NCBI GenBank assembly: GCA_944332395.1
Contig: CALVJV010000043.1
Location: forward strand, 1-49,166
Direction: 5' to 3'
Source: an uncultured Clostridia bacterium
GTDB taxonomy: Bacteria; Bacillota; Clostridia; Christensenellales; UBA1242
DNA length: 49,166 bases
Shown here: piece after piece, positions 41,464-49,166 of the stretch
How the letters are laid out: each line of letters starts with the position of its first letter
Position numbering within the stretch: position 1 is the first letter of the stretch
Notes under the pieces: generated by a model
Databases searched by the model: none
Seen by the model: only the letters and a program-made list of their open reading frames with translations
Told to the model about the DNA's origin: nothing
Position numbers and translations under genes: made by a program

Positions 41464-42339
41464 TCAAACAGCTTTTTTATTACTCCATATTTTTTTTTCA
41501 TCCATTGCATCAAATATTGCGACCAGTTTATTTTTAGTATTAAAAACCAGAAAAACATCTTCGATATAATCACATATATTTTCTTGAGATTTATAAAAGT
41601 CCACCTTGAATAGATCATTTGTATCACTTTTAAAATATGCTTTATTTTCACAAAACCTAATTAAAGTTGCTTTTACACACTTATAATTAGAAAAATGCAA
41701 CAAATAAGCAGAAAGTACTATAGCCTTATCATTAACATCATAAAGACTGCCCCAAACTAAACTTTTTCTTTTAAAGCTATCAAAAATGGTATAGGTACTA
41801 TCAAAAAAAACAACCGTTTTATTGTTAATCAATAAATAAAAATATGGAAGTAATTCTTTTATTTGATTAGAATCTAGGCCACAAAAGATATCGTCAATAA
41901 TCATTATTTCTTTTTTTAATAAATAAGCTCTCGCAAAGGCTAATAAAATTTTTTGATTTTTATCCATATTACATGGCTTTGTTTTGTAATTAATATTAAA
42001 TATTTTTAAAACTCGTTTAATTTCTAATTCATCAAAATAAATCTGTTTTGTTAAAAATGCAAATTTTAAATTATAAAAAGCAGATTTTTTGTTTAAAAAA
42101 AGTGGATTTTTTAGTAAAAGACTTATTTTATTGCTTTTTAAATTATAATTTTCTCTTTCAATAAGAACAGTCCCATTAGTTGGCGAAACCAAACCACAAA
42201 TTATTTTGGCTAATGTAGTAGCACCCCCACCAGATCTGTAGTAAATAACAACCTTATCATTTTTTAAAATATTAAGGTCAATATTAATAAGTTTAAAATT
42301 ATCACCATACTTAAATTGAATGTTTTTTAACTCAATCAT
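41464..42339 (-). CDS. Degenerate ABC ATPase-like protein
   Basis: NBD-like N-terminus but Walker A YRSGGGATT, signature MDKNQ, Walker B IMIIDD. Confidence 0.7.
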   Translation of the reverse strand: MIELKNIQFKYGDNFKLINIDLNILKNDKVVIYYRSGGGATTLAKIICGLVSPTNGTVLIERENYNLKSNKISLLLKNPLFLNKKSAFYNLKFAFLTKQIYFDELEIKRVLKIFNINYKTKPCNMDKNQKILLAFARAYLLKKEIMIIDDIFCGLDSNQIKELLPYFYLLINNKTVVFFDSTYTIFDSFKRKSLVWGSLYDVNDKAIVLSAYLLHFSNYKCVKATLIRFCENKAYFKSDTNDLFKVDFYKSQENICDYIEDVFLVFNTKNKLVAIFDAMDEKKIWSNKKAV

Positions 42340-42437
42340 TATTTAATTATATAAAAAATAACTTTTTTTTTCAATTATATTTTGAATTAATAGTAAATTA
42401 TGATAAAATAAAAAAACTTTTACATGGGAGAAATATT

Positions 42438-42851
42438 ATGGAAAATGCAAAAGAAATATTATTAAAACAACTTCAAATTGTTTTTGATTGCGATGAAGAC
42501 GACGCAAAAAAAATTTTATCAGGAAAATACAATCCATTAGTTTTTGATAAAGTATTAGGCGAAGGGAAATTAGAGCTTTTAAGAGCAAGAGTAGAATTTT
42601 TTTCAAAAACAGAAAAACAGGCCAATGAAGAAAAAGATCCGGATCTAAAACCTATTATCTTGGGAATTGGAATTGAACAAATACAAAAAGCAATACAGGC
42701 ACTATTTTTCTTTCTACTTAGCTCATATGAACAAAACTTAATTACAAAAAAAGATCTATATGAAAAAGCACACAATTTTCTTGAAACGCTACAAAAAGAT
42801 AAATTGGAAAGCAAATTAAACGCACAATTAACAGAATATCTTGCAAAATAA
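42438..42851 (+). CDS. Hypothetical helical protein
   Basis: 137-aa ORF, SD GGGAG, terminator directly after. Confidence 0.7.
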   Translation: MENAKEILLKQLQIVFDCDEDDAKKILSGKYNPLVFDKVLGEGKLELLRARVEFFSKTEKQANEEKDPDLKPIILGIGIEQIQKAIQALFFFLLSSYEQNLITKKDLYEKAHNFLETLQKDKLESKLNAQLTEYLAK

Positions 42852-42886
42852 AAAATGCTATAACGAATATTCGTTATAGCATTTTT
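42851..42886. terminator. Perfect 36-bp palindrome, bidirectional terminator
   Basis: AAAAATGCTATAACGAATATTCGTTATAGCATTTTT between convergent stops. Confidence 0.85.
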
Positions 42887-42888
42887 AT

Positions 42889-43443
42889 TTATCTTGTTTC
42901 AATCAGACCATAACCGCCTTCACGTCTTTGATAAACAACATTTACAGCCCCGGTGTTCTTATTTTTAAAAATATAAAATGAATTTCCAATCAACTCCATT
43001 TCTTCTATAGCTTGTTCAGGAGTAATTGCAACCAAATCATAAACTTTATTCCTTACAATTTGAGGCTTATTAAACACTGGCAACTCGTCCAAAAATTCAA
43101 ATTCAGGCAACATTTCACCTGCCAAATTCTTTAACGCAGTTGATTTTTTCATTTTATTTACCAGTTTTCCGCTCATTTTCACTAATTGTTTCTCTATCCT
43201 AGCAAGACATATATCCAAATTAGCATACATATTATCAGTTTCTACTTCACTTCTAATATATTTCCCCGCAGAAGCCATTGTAATTTCCATTTTAAATCTA
43301 GTTTTTTCTTTGTTTGCACTACAAACAACCTTGCAAGAACATTCTTTGTTAAAATATTTTTCTAATTTTTTAACTTTTTTTTCAATCAATTCAGCTAATC
43401 GTTCTCTAACAATATAGTTTTTTTGTAATATATCAATCTTCAT
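42889..43443 (-). CDS. hpf: Long ribosome hibernation promoting factor (HPF/RaiA)
   Basis: KKVKKLEKYF, NMYANLD...IEKQ, PEQAIEEMELIG..FYIF, VVYQRREGGYGLIE; ATG 43443 after GGAGG. Confidence 0.92.
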   Translation of the reverse strand: MKIDILQKNYIVRERLAELIEKKVKKLEKYFNKECSCKVVCSANKEKTRFKMEITMASAGKYIRSEVETDNMYANLDICLARIEKQLVKMSGKLVNKMKKSTALKNLAGEMLPEFEFLDELPVFNKPQIVRNKVYDLVAITPEQAIEEMELIGNSFYIFKNKNTGAVNVVYQRREGGYGLIETR

Positions 43444-43496
43444 AATACAACCTCCACAATCTAATGATAGCATTCTTCTAAAAAAAAGTCGAGTAA

Positions 43497-46085
43497 TTAA
43501 TTGGTCTTTCTTTTAAAAATAAATTTAGTATCAAAATCTACAGTTAGAGCATCACCATCCATAACATTTCCTGACAGCATTTCTTCTGCAAGTTTATCTT
43601 CAATCTGTTGTTCAATAACTCTACGAAGAGGTCTTGCACCATAATTCCTATCATAACCCAATTTCACAATTTCATCAATTGCTCTTTTTGTAAAAGACAA
43701 TAAAATTCCTTTTGGTTGTAACTTTTTATTAAGAGCATCAATCATAATTTTTGCTATCTTTCTAATTTCGTCGTTGCTCAAATGTTCAAATACAACAACA
43801 GCATCAATTCTATTCAGAAACTCAGGTTTAAACTTTCTTTTTAGTGCATCTAATAATTTTTCACGCATATTTTTGTTTTCTTCTTCGATATCACCAAACC
43901 CAAGTTTGTTTTGCGAAGCAATTTCTGCAACTCCAACATTACTAGTTAAAATAATAATTGTATTTTTGAAACTAACAGTTGTTCCTTGTGAATCGGTCAA
44001 TCTACCCTCATCAAGCATTTGCAACAATATATTAAATACATCAGGATGTGCCTTTTCAATTTCATCAAAAAGCACTACAGAATATGGTTTTCTTTGAACT
44101 TGTTTGGTTAATTGACCGCCATCATCATGCCCAATATATCCAGGAGGCGCTCCAATGAGTTTTGCTACTGAATGAGGCTCCATAAATTCACTCATATCCA
44201 ATCTTATTATGTTGTTTTCATCATCAAACATGGCTTCGGCTATTGCCTTAGTTAGTTCAGTTTTTCCAACTCCAGTAGGGCCCAGAAATATAAAGGTTCC
44301 AATTGGTCTCTTTGGATCTTTTAATCCAGCCCTTGCACGCCTAATAGCCCTAGAAACTATGCCAACAGCCTCATCTTGACCAATAACGCGTTTGTGCAAC
44401 TCATCTTCAAGTTTAATTAATCTTTCACGTTCTGTTTCAGTCAACTTTGATACAGGAATGCCTGTCCAACGGCTAACAACATTAGCTACATCTTCAGCCA
44501 CAATGGTAGGATACTCTCTCACTGCAGACTCCGAAGCTTCCTTAATTTCTTTTATTTTTCCTCTAATTTCATTTGCTTTATTATAAAACTCTTCAGCTTT
44601 TCTATAATCATTAGATCGCAGAGCTTCTTCACGCTGTTGTTCCGCCTTTCTCAAAGAAGTCTCCAATTCTTTAAAATCTTTTGGGGCAACAGCTCTTGCA
44701 ACTTTAGCACGGCTAGCGGCTTCATCCATAAGATCAATGGCCTTATCCGGCAAAAATCTATCCATAATATATCTTACTGACAAATTAACGGCAGCCTCAA
44801 GAGCATCGTCAGAAATCTTGACCTTATGAAAAGCTTCATAACTATCTCGTAATCCTTTTAATATCAACAAAGTATCCTCTTCGCTTGGTTGATTTACCAT
44901 AATTGGCTGAAATCTTCGTTCAAGAGCTCTATCCTTTTCAATAAATTTTCTATATTCTTCTGTTGTCGTCGCTCCAATGGTTTGCAATTCACCTCTTGCC
45001 AAGTATGGTTTTAACATATCAGCTGGAGAAACTTCGCCATCTTTACTACCAGCTTGTGCAAGCATATGTATTTCATCAATAAAAACAATAATATTTTTAC
45101 TTGAAATAATAGTTTCAATTGCTTTTTTTAGTTTTTCTTCCATGCTGCCCCTATATTTTGTGCCAGCCATAAGAGAACCAATTTCAAATGAAAATATGGT
45201 TTTATTTTGCAAAAGTTCTGGGACATTCCCCTTAACAATCGCTTGAGCTAAACCTTCGACCACCGCGCTTTTTCCAACTCCAGCTTCACCAATTAACACA
45301 GGATTATTTTTTGTTTTCCTACATAATATTTCAATAATTCTATTTGTTTCTTGCTCTCTACCAATAATAGGATCCATTTTCCCTGCTCTGGCTCTTGCTG
45401 TCATATCAATTCCAAGATCTCTTAAAACCTCAGGTAATCCAGCATTAATATCTGCTTGCATCTTGGTATTATTTTTTCTACCAACTTCATAATTATTAAT
45501 TCTTTCTCCACTTCCCATTGGCATTTGCATAGTTGTTGTATTCCCATTGCCAAAACCAAAGAAATTTCTAAACATCGAACCAAATCCCAAATCATCAAAA
45601 GGATCCTCAAAATTAATTTCGGACACAGCAGAAGACAAAGATTGTCCTTGAAGAACTTTCGCTGTAGTTGAAATAACTTCTTCAATATCCACTCTAAAAA
45701 CCTTAGCCAACATTAAGTAAGCTTTGCATGAAGAATCGGACAAAATAGCATATAAAATATGTTCAGACAAAAGAAAATCGCTACCCATCTCATAAGCTAT
45801 TTGTTTAGCCATCCTAATACAATTTTTTGCACTAGGTGAATAATCTAATTCAATTTCCGAAATTGGCGTTTTAGTACCTGGATTTGTTCTAGTAATTTCT
45901 TGCGCAATATCATCACTAGTAACGCCATATGTATTCAAAATTTTACTCGCCAAAGATGCAGATGCATTAGCAAGGCCAAATAGGATATGCTCTGTGCCTA
46001 TTTCCTGTTCTCCCAGCCTATAAGCCAACGAACCAGCATCTGCTAATGCTTTCCTAACATTATCTGTCATAGAAGCTTCAAACAT
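43497..46085 (-). CDS. clpC: Clp protease ATPase ClpC
   Basis: Clp N repeats, GEAGVGKS, GPTGVGKT, UVR-type middle domain, LGF loop; in ctsR operon. Confidence 0.95.
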   Translation of the reverse strand: MFEASMTDNVRKALADAGSLAYRLGEQEIGTEHILFGLANASASLASKILNTYGVTSDDIAQEITRTNPGTKTPISEIELDYSPSAKNCIRMAKQIAYEMGSDFLLSEHILYAILSDSSCKAYLMLAKVFRVDIEEVISTTAKVLQGQSLSSAVSEINFEDPFDDLGFGSMFRNFFGFGNGNTTTMQMPMGSGERINNYEVGRKNNTKMQADINAGLPEVLRDLGIDMTARARAGKMDPIIGREQETNRIIEILCRKTKNNPVLIGEAGVGKSAVVEGLAQAIVKGNVPELLQNKTIFSFEIGSLMAGTKYRGSMEEKLKKAIETIISSKNIIVFIDEIHMLAQAGSKDGEVSPADMLKPYLARGELQTIGATTTEEYRKFIEKDRALERRFQPIMVNQPSEEDTLLILKGLRDSYEAFHKVKISDDALEAAVNLSVRYIMDRFLPDKAIDLMDEAASRAKVARAVAPKDFKELETSLRKAEQQREEALRSNDYRKAEEFYNKANEIRGKIKEIKEASESAVREYPTIVAEDVANVVSRWTGIPVSKLTETERERLIKLEDELHKRVIGQDEAVGIVSRAIRRARAGLKDPKRPIGTFIFLGPTGVGKTELTKAIAEAMFDDENNIIRLDMSEFMEPHSVAKLIGAPPGYIGHDDGGQLTKQVQRKPYSVVLFDEIEKAHPDVFNILLQMLDEGRLTDSQGTTVSFKNTIIILTSNVGVAEIASQNKLGFGDIEEENKNMREKLLDALKRKFKPEFLNRIDAVVVFEHLSNDEIRKIAKIMIDALNKKLQPKGILLSFTKRAIDEIVKLGYDRNYGARPLRRVIEQQIEDKLAEEMLSGNVMDGDALTVDFDTKFIFKRKTN

Positions 46086-46097
46086 AAAAAACCCTCC

Positions 46098-47099
46098 CTA
46101 AATTCTATTTTGTTTTAACATTTGTCCAACGTAATCGGCCCGAAAAATATTTTCTTTAATACCAACTAATGTATGTCCTGCAATTTTTGCCAAACCAGCA
46201 GGTTTACATACAAGGAATAATTTATCAATTAAATAATCATCTTTAAACCTTAATAGTCCCAAAACAACCCCTAACTTAACTTGAGACAACATTTGATTAA
46301 ATTCATCAACATTTAATGAAAATGCTCCAACTAACACAGCATAAGCTCTATAAATCATATCCTTAATTGCAACATCATTATCTTGAGACAATTTTTTTCT
46401 TTCTTCTTTTTCCATTTCTGCAATACGCCTAACTGAATCATTCAATTTTTGAATAATTTCTCTTTCGCTAATCCCCAAAGAACTAGCATTGGAAACCTGA
46501 AATAAATATCCATCTTCATCAGAGCCCTCACCTTTTTCTCCTCTAAAAGTTAGACCAAGTTTTTTCAAACTATCCTTTAACATATCAATTTTCCCAGATA
46601 AAGAAAGAGCAGGCAAAAACATCATAACAGAAGCTCTCAACCCCGTGCCAACATTCGAGATACATGATGTTAAAAAACCTAAATTGGGGTCAAAAGCAAA
46701 TCCTAGTTTTTCGTCTAATTTATTGTCAATAGACTCTAAAATTGAATAAGCCTGTTCTAAATTTAACCCATTTAATATGCATTGTTCACGAATGTGGTCT
46801 TCTTCATTTATCATAACCGAAATAGTCTCGTCGCTCGACAAAACAACGCCAGAAATATTAGCATTTTCTATTAATTTATTAGAAATTAAATGCTTTTCAA
46901 ACATAATATTCACATCATCGTTACTTAAAGAATTTAACTGAAAAATTTTTTGCTTAAATAATCCATCAATAGCATTAGCCACTTTACAAAAAATTCTATA
47001 ACCATCATCACTAGATAACATATGCGGAAACTTTTCGTTTGCCAAATTTCTAGCGAATCTAATTCTTGATGAAATAACTATTGAATTATTTTTTTGCAC
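46098..47099 (-). CDS. mcsB: Protein arginine kinase
   Basis: SSRIRFARNL, INEEDHIR, GFLTSCISNVGTGLRAS. Confidence 0.93.
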   Translation of the reverse strand: MQKNNSIVISSRIRFARNLANEKFPHMLSSDDGYRIFCKVANAIDGLFKQKIFQLNSLSNDDVNIMFEKHLISNKLIENANISGVVLSSDETISVMINEEDHIREQCILNGLNLEQAYSILESIDNKLDEKLGFAFDPNLGFLTSCISNVGTGLRASVMMFLPALSLSGKIDMLKDSLKKLGLTFRGEKGEGSDEDGYLFQVSNASSLGISEREIIQKLNDSVRRIAEMEKEERKKLSQDNDVAIKDMIYRAYAVLVGAFSLNVDEFNQMLSQVKLGVVLGLLRFKDDYLIDKLFLVCKPAGLAKIAGHTLVGIKENIFRADYVGQMLKQNRI

Positions 47100-47550
47100 T
47101 TTTAACTCCTAAAATTTCTTTTTTTAGTCCAGCAACTTCTTTTAAATCTCCTTGCTCAAGCGCTGCTCTCATTTTTAACATCAAAGCATCTAACCTAGTT
47201 TTAGACCATACTCTACTTGGCGACGTCTTTCCCAAATGTTTTACTTTGCCATGCCATTTTTCTGCTACATTAACTATACTATCAAAAACATAATAGCAAT
47301 CGGGGCAACCAACAAAACCAGTATCTAAAAACGCATCTTCAGTTGTTCCACATGTTGGACATTTTTTCTTCGTTGATGAACGCTCAAATAAAACGCGCTC
47401 ATAAGCCTCACCATTTTTTTCTGACTCTATCAATCCTAATTTTTGCGCACAAATTTTACATAAGCATAGAGGTTTTTTCTCACCACATACAATCATCTCA
47501 AAAACCATAGAACTGGGTCTTTGTCCGCAATTTTGACATAATTTAATCAT
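47086..47550 (-). CDS. mcsA: McsB activator McsA
   Basis: Four CXXC motifs, H.GK.P, UVR-like tail. Confidence 0.9.
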   Translation of the reverse strand: MIKLCQNCGQRPSSMVFEMIVCGEKKPLCLCKICAQKLGLIESEKNGEAYERVLFERSSTKKKCPTCGTTEDAFLDTGFVGCPDCYYVFDSIVNVAEKWHGKVKHLGKTSPSRVWSKTRLDALMLKMRAALEQGDLKEVAGLKKEILGVKSAKK

Positions 47551-48005
47551 TGATCATTTCCTTTTAATAAAAACAATAATATTCTTTTAAAACATTTAGC
47601 CCTAACAGCTTCACGCAAATTTATTGGCATTTCCAACGCAGCTTCAGAAAGCGCCACTTGTAAAATTTCTTTTTCGTGATTTGTAATCAAATTTTCATTT
47701 TGTAAATTTTCTAGCATATGAGTCATTCTTTTAAAAGACAACTCGCCACCAACACTTTCAACAATCGCATTTTCTGCATCATCTTTAAATGGCACGCGAA
47801 TTATTTTAACAAAACCTCCACCACCTCTCTGGCTTTCAATTAAGTATCCTCTATCTATAGTAAACCTAGTGTCTAAAACATAATTAATTTGACTAGGCGC
47901 ACAAGAAAAGAACGAGGCCAACTCATTTCTGGATATATCAACTTCGTTTTCATCTCCCAATGTTTTTAATAAAAATTGTTCAATAATATCCGACAATTTT
48001 GCCAT
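47547..48005 (-). CDS. ctsR: Class III heat-shock repressor
   Basis: LSDIIEQF, RNELA..F.CAPSQINYVL.TRF, ESQRGGGG; ATG 48005 after GGAGG. Confidence 0.95.
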   Translation of the reverse strand: MAKLSDIIEQFLLKTLGDENEVDISRNELASFFSCAPSQINYVLDTRFTIDRGYLIESQRGGGGFVKIIRVPFKDDAENAIVESVGGELSFKRMTHMLENLQNENLITNHEKEILQVALSEAALEMPINLREAVRAKCFKRILLFLLKGNDQ

Positions 48006-48016
48006 AAATCCTCCAA

Positions 48017-48033
48017 GGTCAGACAAAGTCAAA
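48017..48033. promoter_or_regulatory. CtsR operator
   Basis: GGTCAGA-CAA-AGTCAAA matches RGTCAAA-NAN-RGTCAAA; downstream of a TTGACA-17-TATTCT promoter. Confidence 0.8.
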
Positions 48034-48087
48034 ACTCACATTATGAGAATAACATTAAAACATTACTTTGTCAACTATTTTAAAAAA

Positions 48088-48519
48088 TTATTTTCCAGTT
48101 GAGCCAAACCCACCAATTCCTCTTTTTGATTTGTGTTTAATGACAAAAGATTCCACTATATTAACTTTTTGTAATTTTGAAACTACTAATTGAGCAATTC
48201 TATCCCCAATATTTATCTTATAATCAACATCGGAAAAATTAGCCAACACAACTTTTAATTCTCCCTGATACCCGCAATCAATGGTTCCCACTCCATTTAA
48301 AACAAACACTCCATGTTTTGCGGCAAGTCCACTTCTAGATCTAACTTGTATTTCAAATCCTTTTGGTATTATCGCAACTAGACCAGTAGAAATAGTTAAA
48401 AAGCTTCTAGCTTTTATAATCGCATCTTCCACGCTGCAAACATCAATCCCAGCATCTGTTGCATGAGCAAACGAGGGCATGACCGCTTTTTCATTTATTT
48501 TTAAAAATTTTATAATCAT
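48088..48519 (-). CDS. dut: Trimeric dUTPase
   Basis: AGIDV, RSGLA, GTIDCGYQGE, GDRIAQL, RGIGGFGSTG. Confidence 0.96.
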   Translation of the reverse strand: MIIKFLKINEKAVMPSFAHATDAGIDVCSVEDAIIKARSFLTISTGLVAIIPKGFEIQVRSRSGLAAKHGVFVLNGVGTIDCGYQGELKVVLANFSDVDYKINIGDRIAQLVVSKLQKVNIVESFVIKHKSKRGIGGFGSTGK

Positions 48520-48634
48520 AACTTCCCTCCTTGTTTGATAATATCATAATACAAAAACATCTGCAACAAAACAAAATAAAGATAACTCAAATATTTGACA
48601 ATCATTTCTACACTTGTTATAATCAAATTCACAA

Positions 48635-48721
48635 GCGGGGATGGCGGAACTGGCAGACGCGCAAGTTTGAGGGGCTTGTGGTAGCAATACCGTTCGGGTT
48701 CAAGTCCCGTTCCTCGCACCA
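48635..48721 (+). tRNA. tRNA-Leu(GAG)
   Basis: CAAGT-TTGAGGG-GCTTG arm, long variable arm, CCA; TTGACA/TATAAT promoter upstream. Confidence 0.95.
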
Positions 48722-48870
48722 ATTAAAACTATCCACAATTACAATTGCTTGTAAGATGTGTTTCAAAAATTTTAAGTTTATTAAAAAATATCTAATTTTT
48801 TATATTTTTAAAAACAAGTTGACAAATCACATAAAACTATTACATCATTAATTAAATAATCTGAATAAGA

Positions 48871-48990
48871 ATGATTATGAAAATTATTAAAGATGTAAAA
48901 ATAAAAACAAAAATTTGTACAGTATGCAACAACTATACCGGTTGTGGAAGCGATTCCGACAATCCATGTTCTGGGTCTATAACAGGTTAA
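48871..48990 (+). CDS. Small four-cysteine peptide (not in ORF track)
   Basis: MIMKIIKDVKIKTKICTVCNNYTGCGSDSDNPCSGSITG*; locally GC-richer core; TTGACA upstream and terminator 11 nt after the stop. Confidence 0.55.
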   Translation: MIMKIIKDVKIKTKICTVCNNYTGCGSDSDNPCSGSITG

Positions 48991-49001
48991 TACTTATTTA
49001 G

Positions 49002-49028
49002 AAAATTGAGAATTCATTCTCAATTTTT
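49002..49028. terminator. Intrinsic (likely bidirectional) terminator
   Basis: AAAATTGAGAAT-TC-ATTCTCAATTTTT. Confidence 0.75.
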
Positions 49029-49097
49029 TATAAAGAAATAAAAGAATTTATAATTTAATCTAATTTTATTAATATCCTCACATATATTATCAACTGC

Positions 49098-49166
49098 TCA
49101 CAATTTCTTACTATAATATTTTTCAAGCTTTAAAACTCTATTAACATAATTTTTTGTTTCAGTAAA
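49098..49166 (-). CDS. 3' end of a soluble lytic transglycosylase (SLT)-domain protein, partial
   Basis: FTETKNYVNRVLKLEKYYSKKL* contains the SLT ET..YV..V motif. Confidence 0.65.
   Translation of the reverse strand, partial: FTETKNYVNRVLKLEKYYSKKL

Noticed and set aside
48516-48851. ORFs 48516-48722 and 48531-48851
   Set aside because: They overlap tRNA-Leu(GAG) and promoters; spurious.

Overview
Very AT-rich chromosomal window from an endospore-forming Clostridia-type firmicute (lineage inferred from gene content, probably an uncultured gut group). It is mostly core genome on the minus strand: plsY-der-DUF512, a heterodimeric ABC exporter, 11 tRNA genes, a minimal SufC/SufB-like pair, the sporulation block (spoIVA, ylmC, sigG, sigE, spoIIGA), a dcw cluster (mraZ to ftsZ), spoIIP, a membrane-anchored MurF-like ligase, tsaE/tsaB/rimI, obg, nth, hpf, ctsR-mcsA-mcsB-clpC and dut. 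I found no mobile element, CRISPR array or prophage. The most unusual points are: (1) sigG is flipped to face sigE across a 25-bp palindrome that has a U-tract on one strand only, a possible antisense/excludon control of sigG; (2) murA-ftsQ is also flipped inside the dcw cluster; (3) many transcription units look leaderless; (4) the DeoC homolog has Met in place of the Schiff-base Lys; (5) two near-identical tRNA-Val isoacceptors form an inverted repeat around a DUF2188 gene; (6) an unannotated 37-39 aa four-Cys peptide gene has its own terminator. All family calls come from motif recognition, not database searches.
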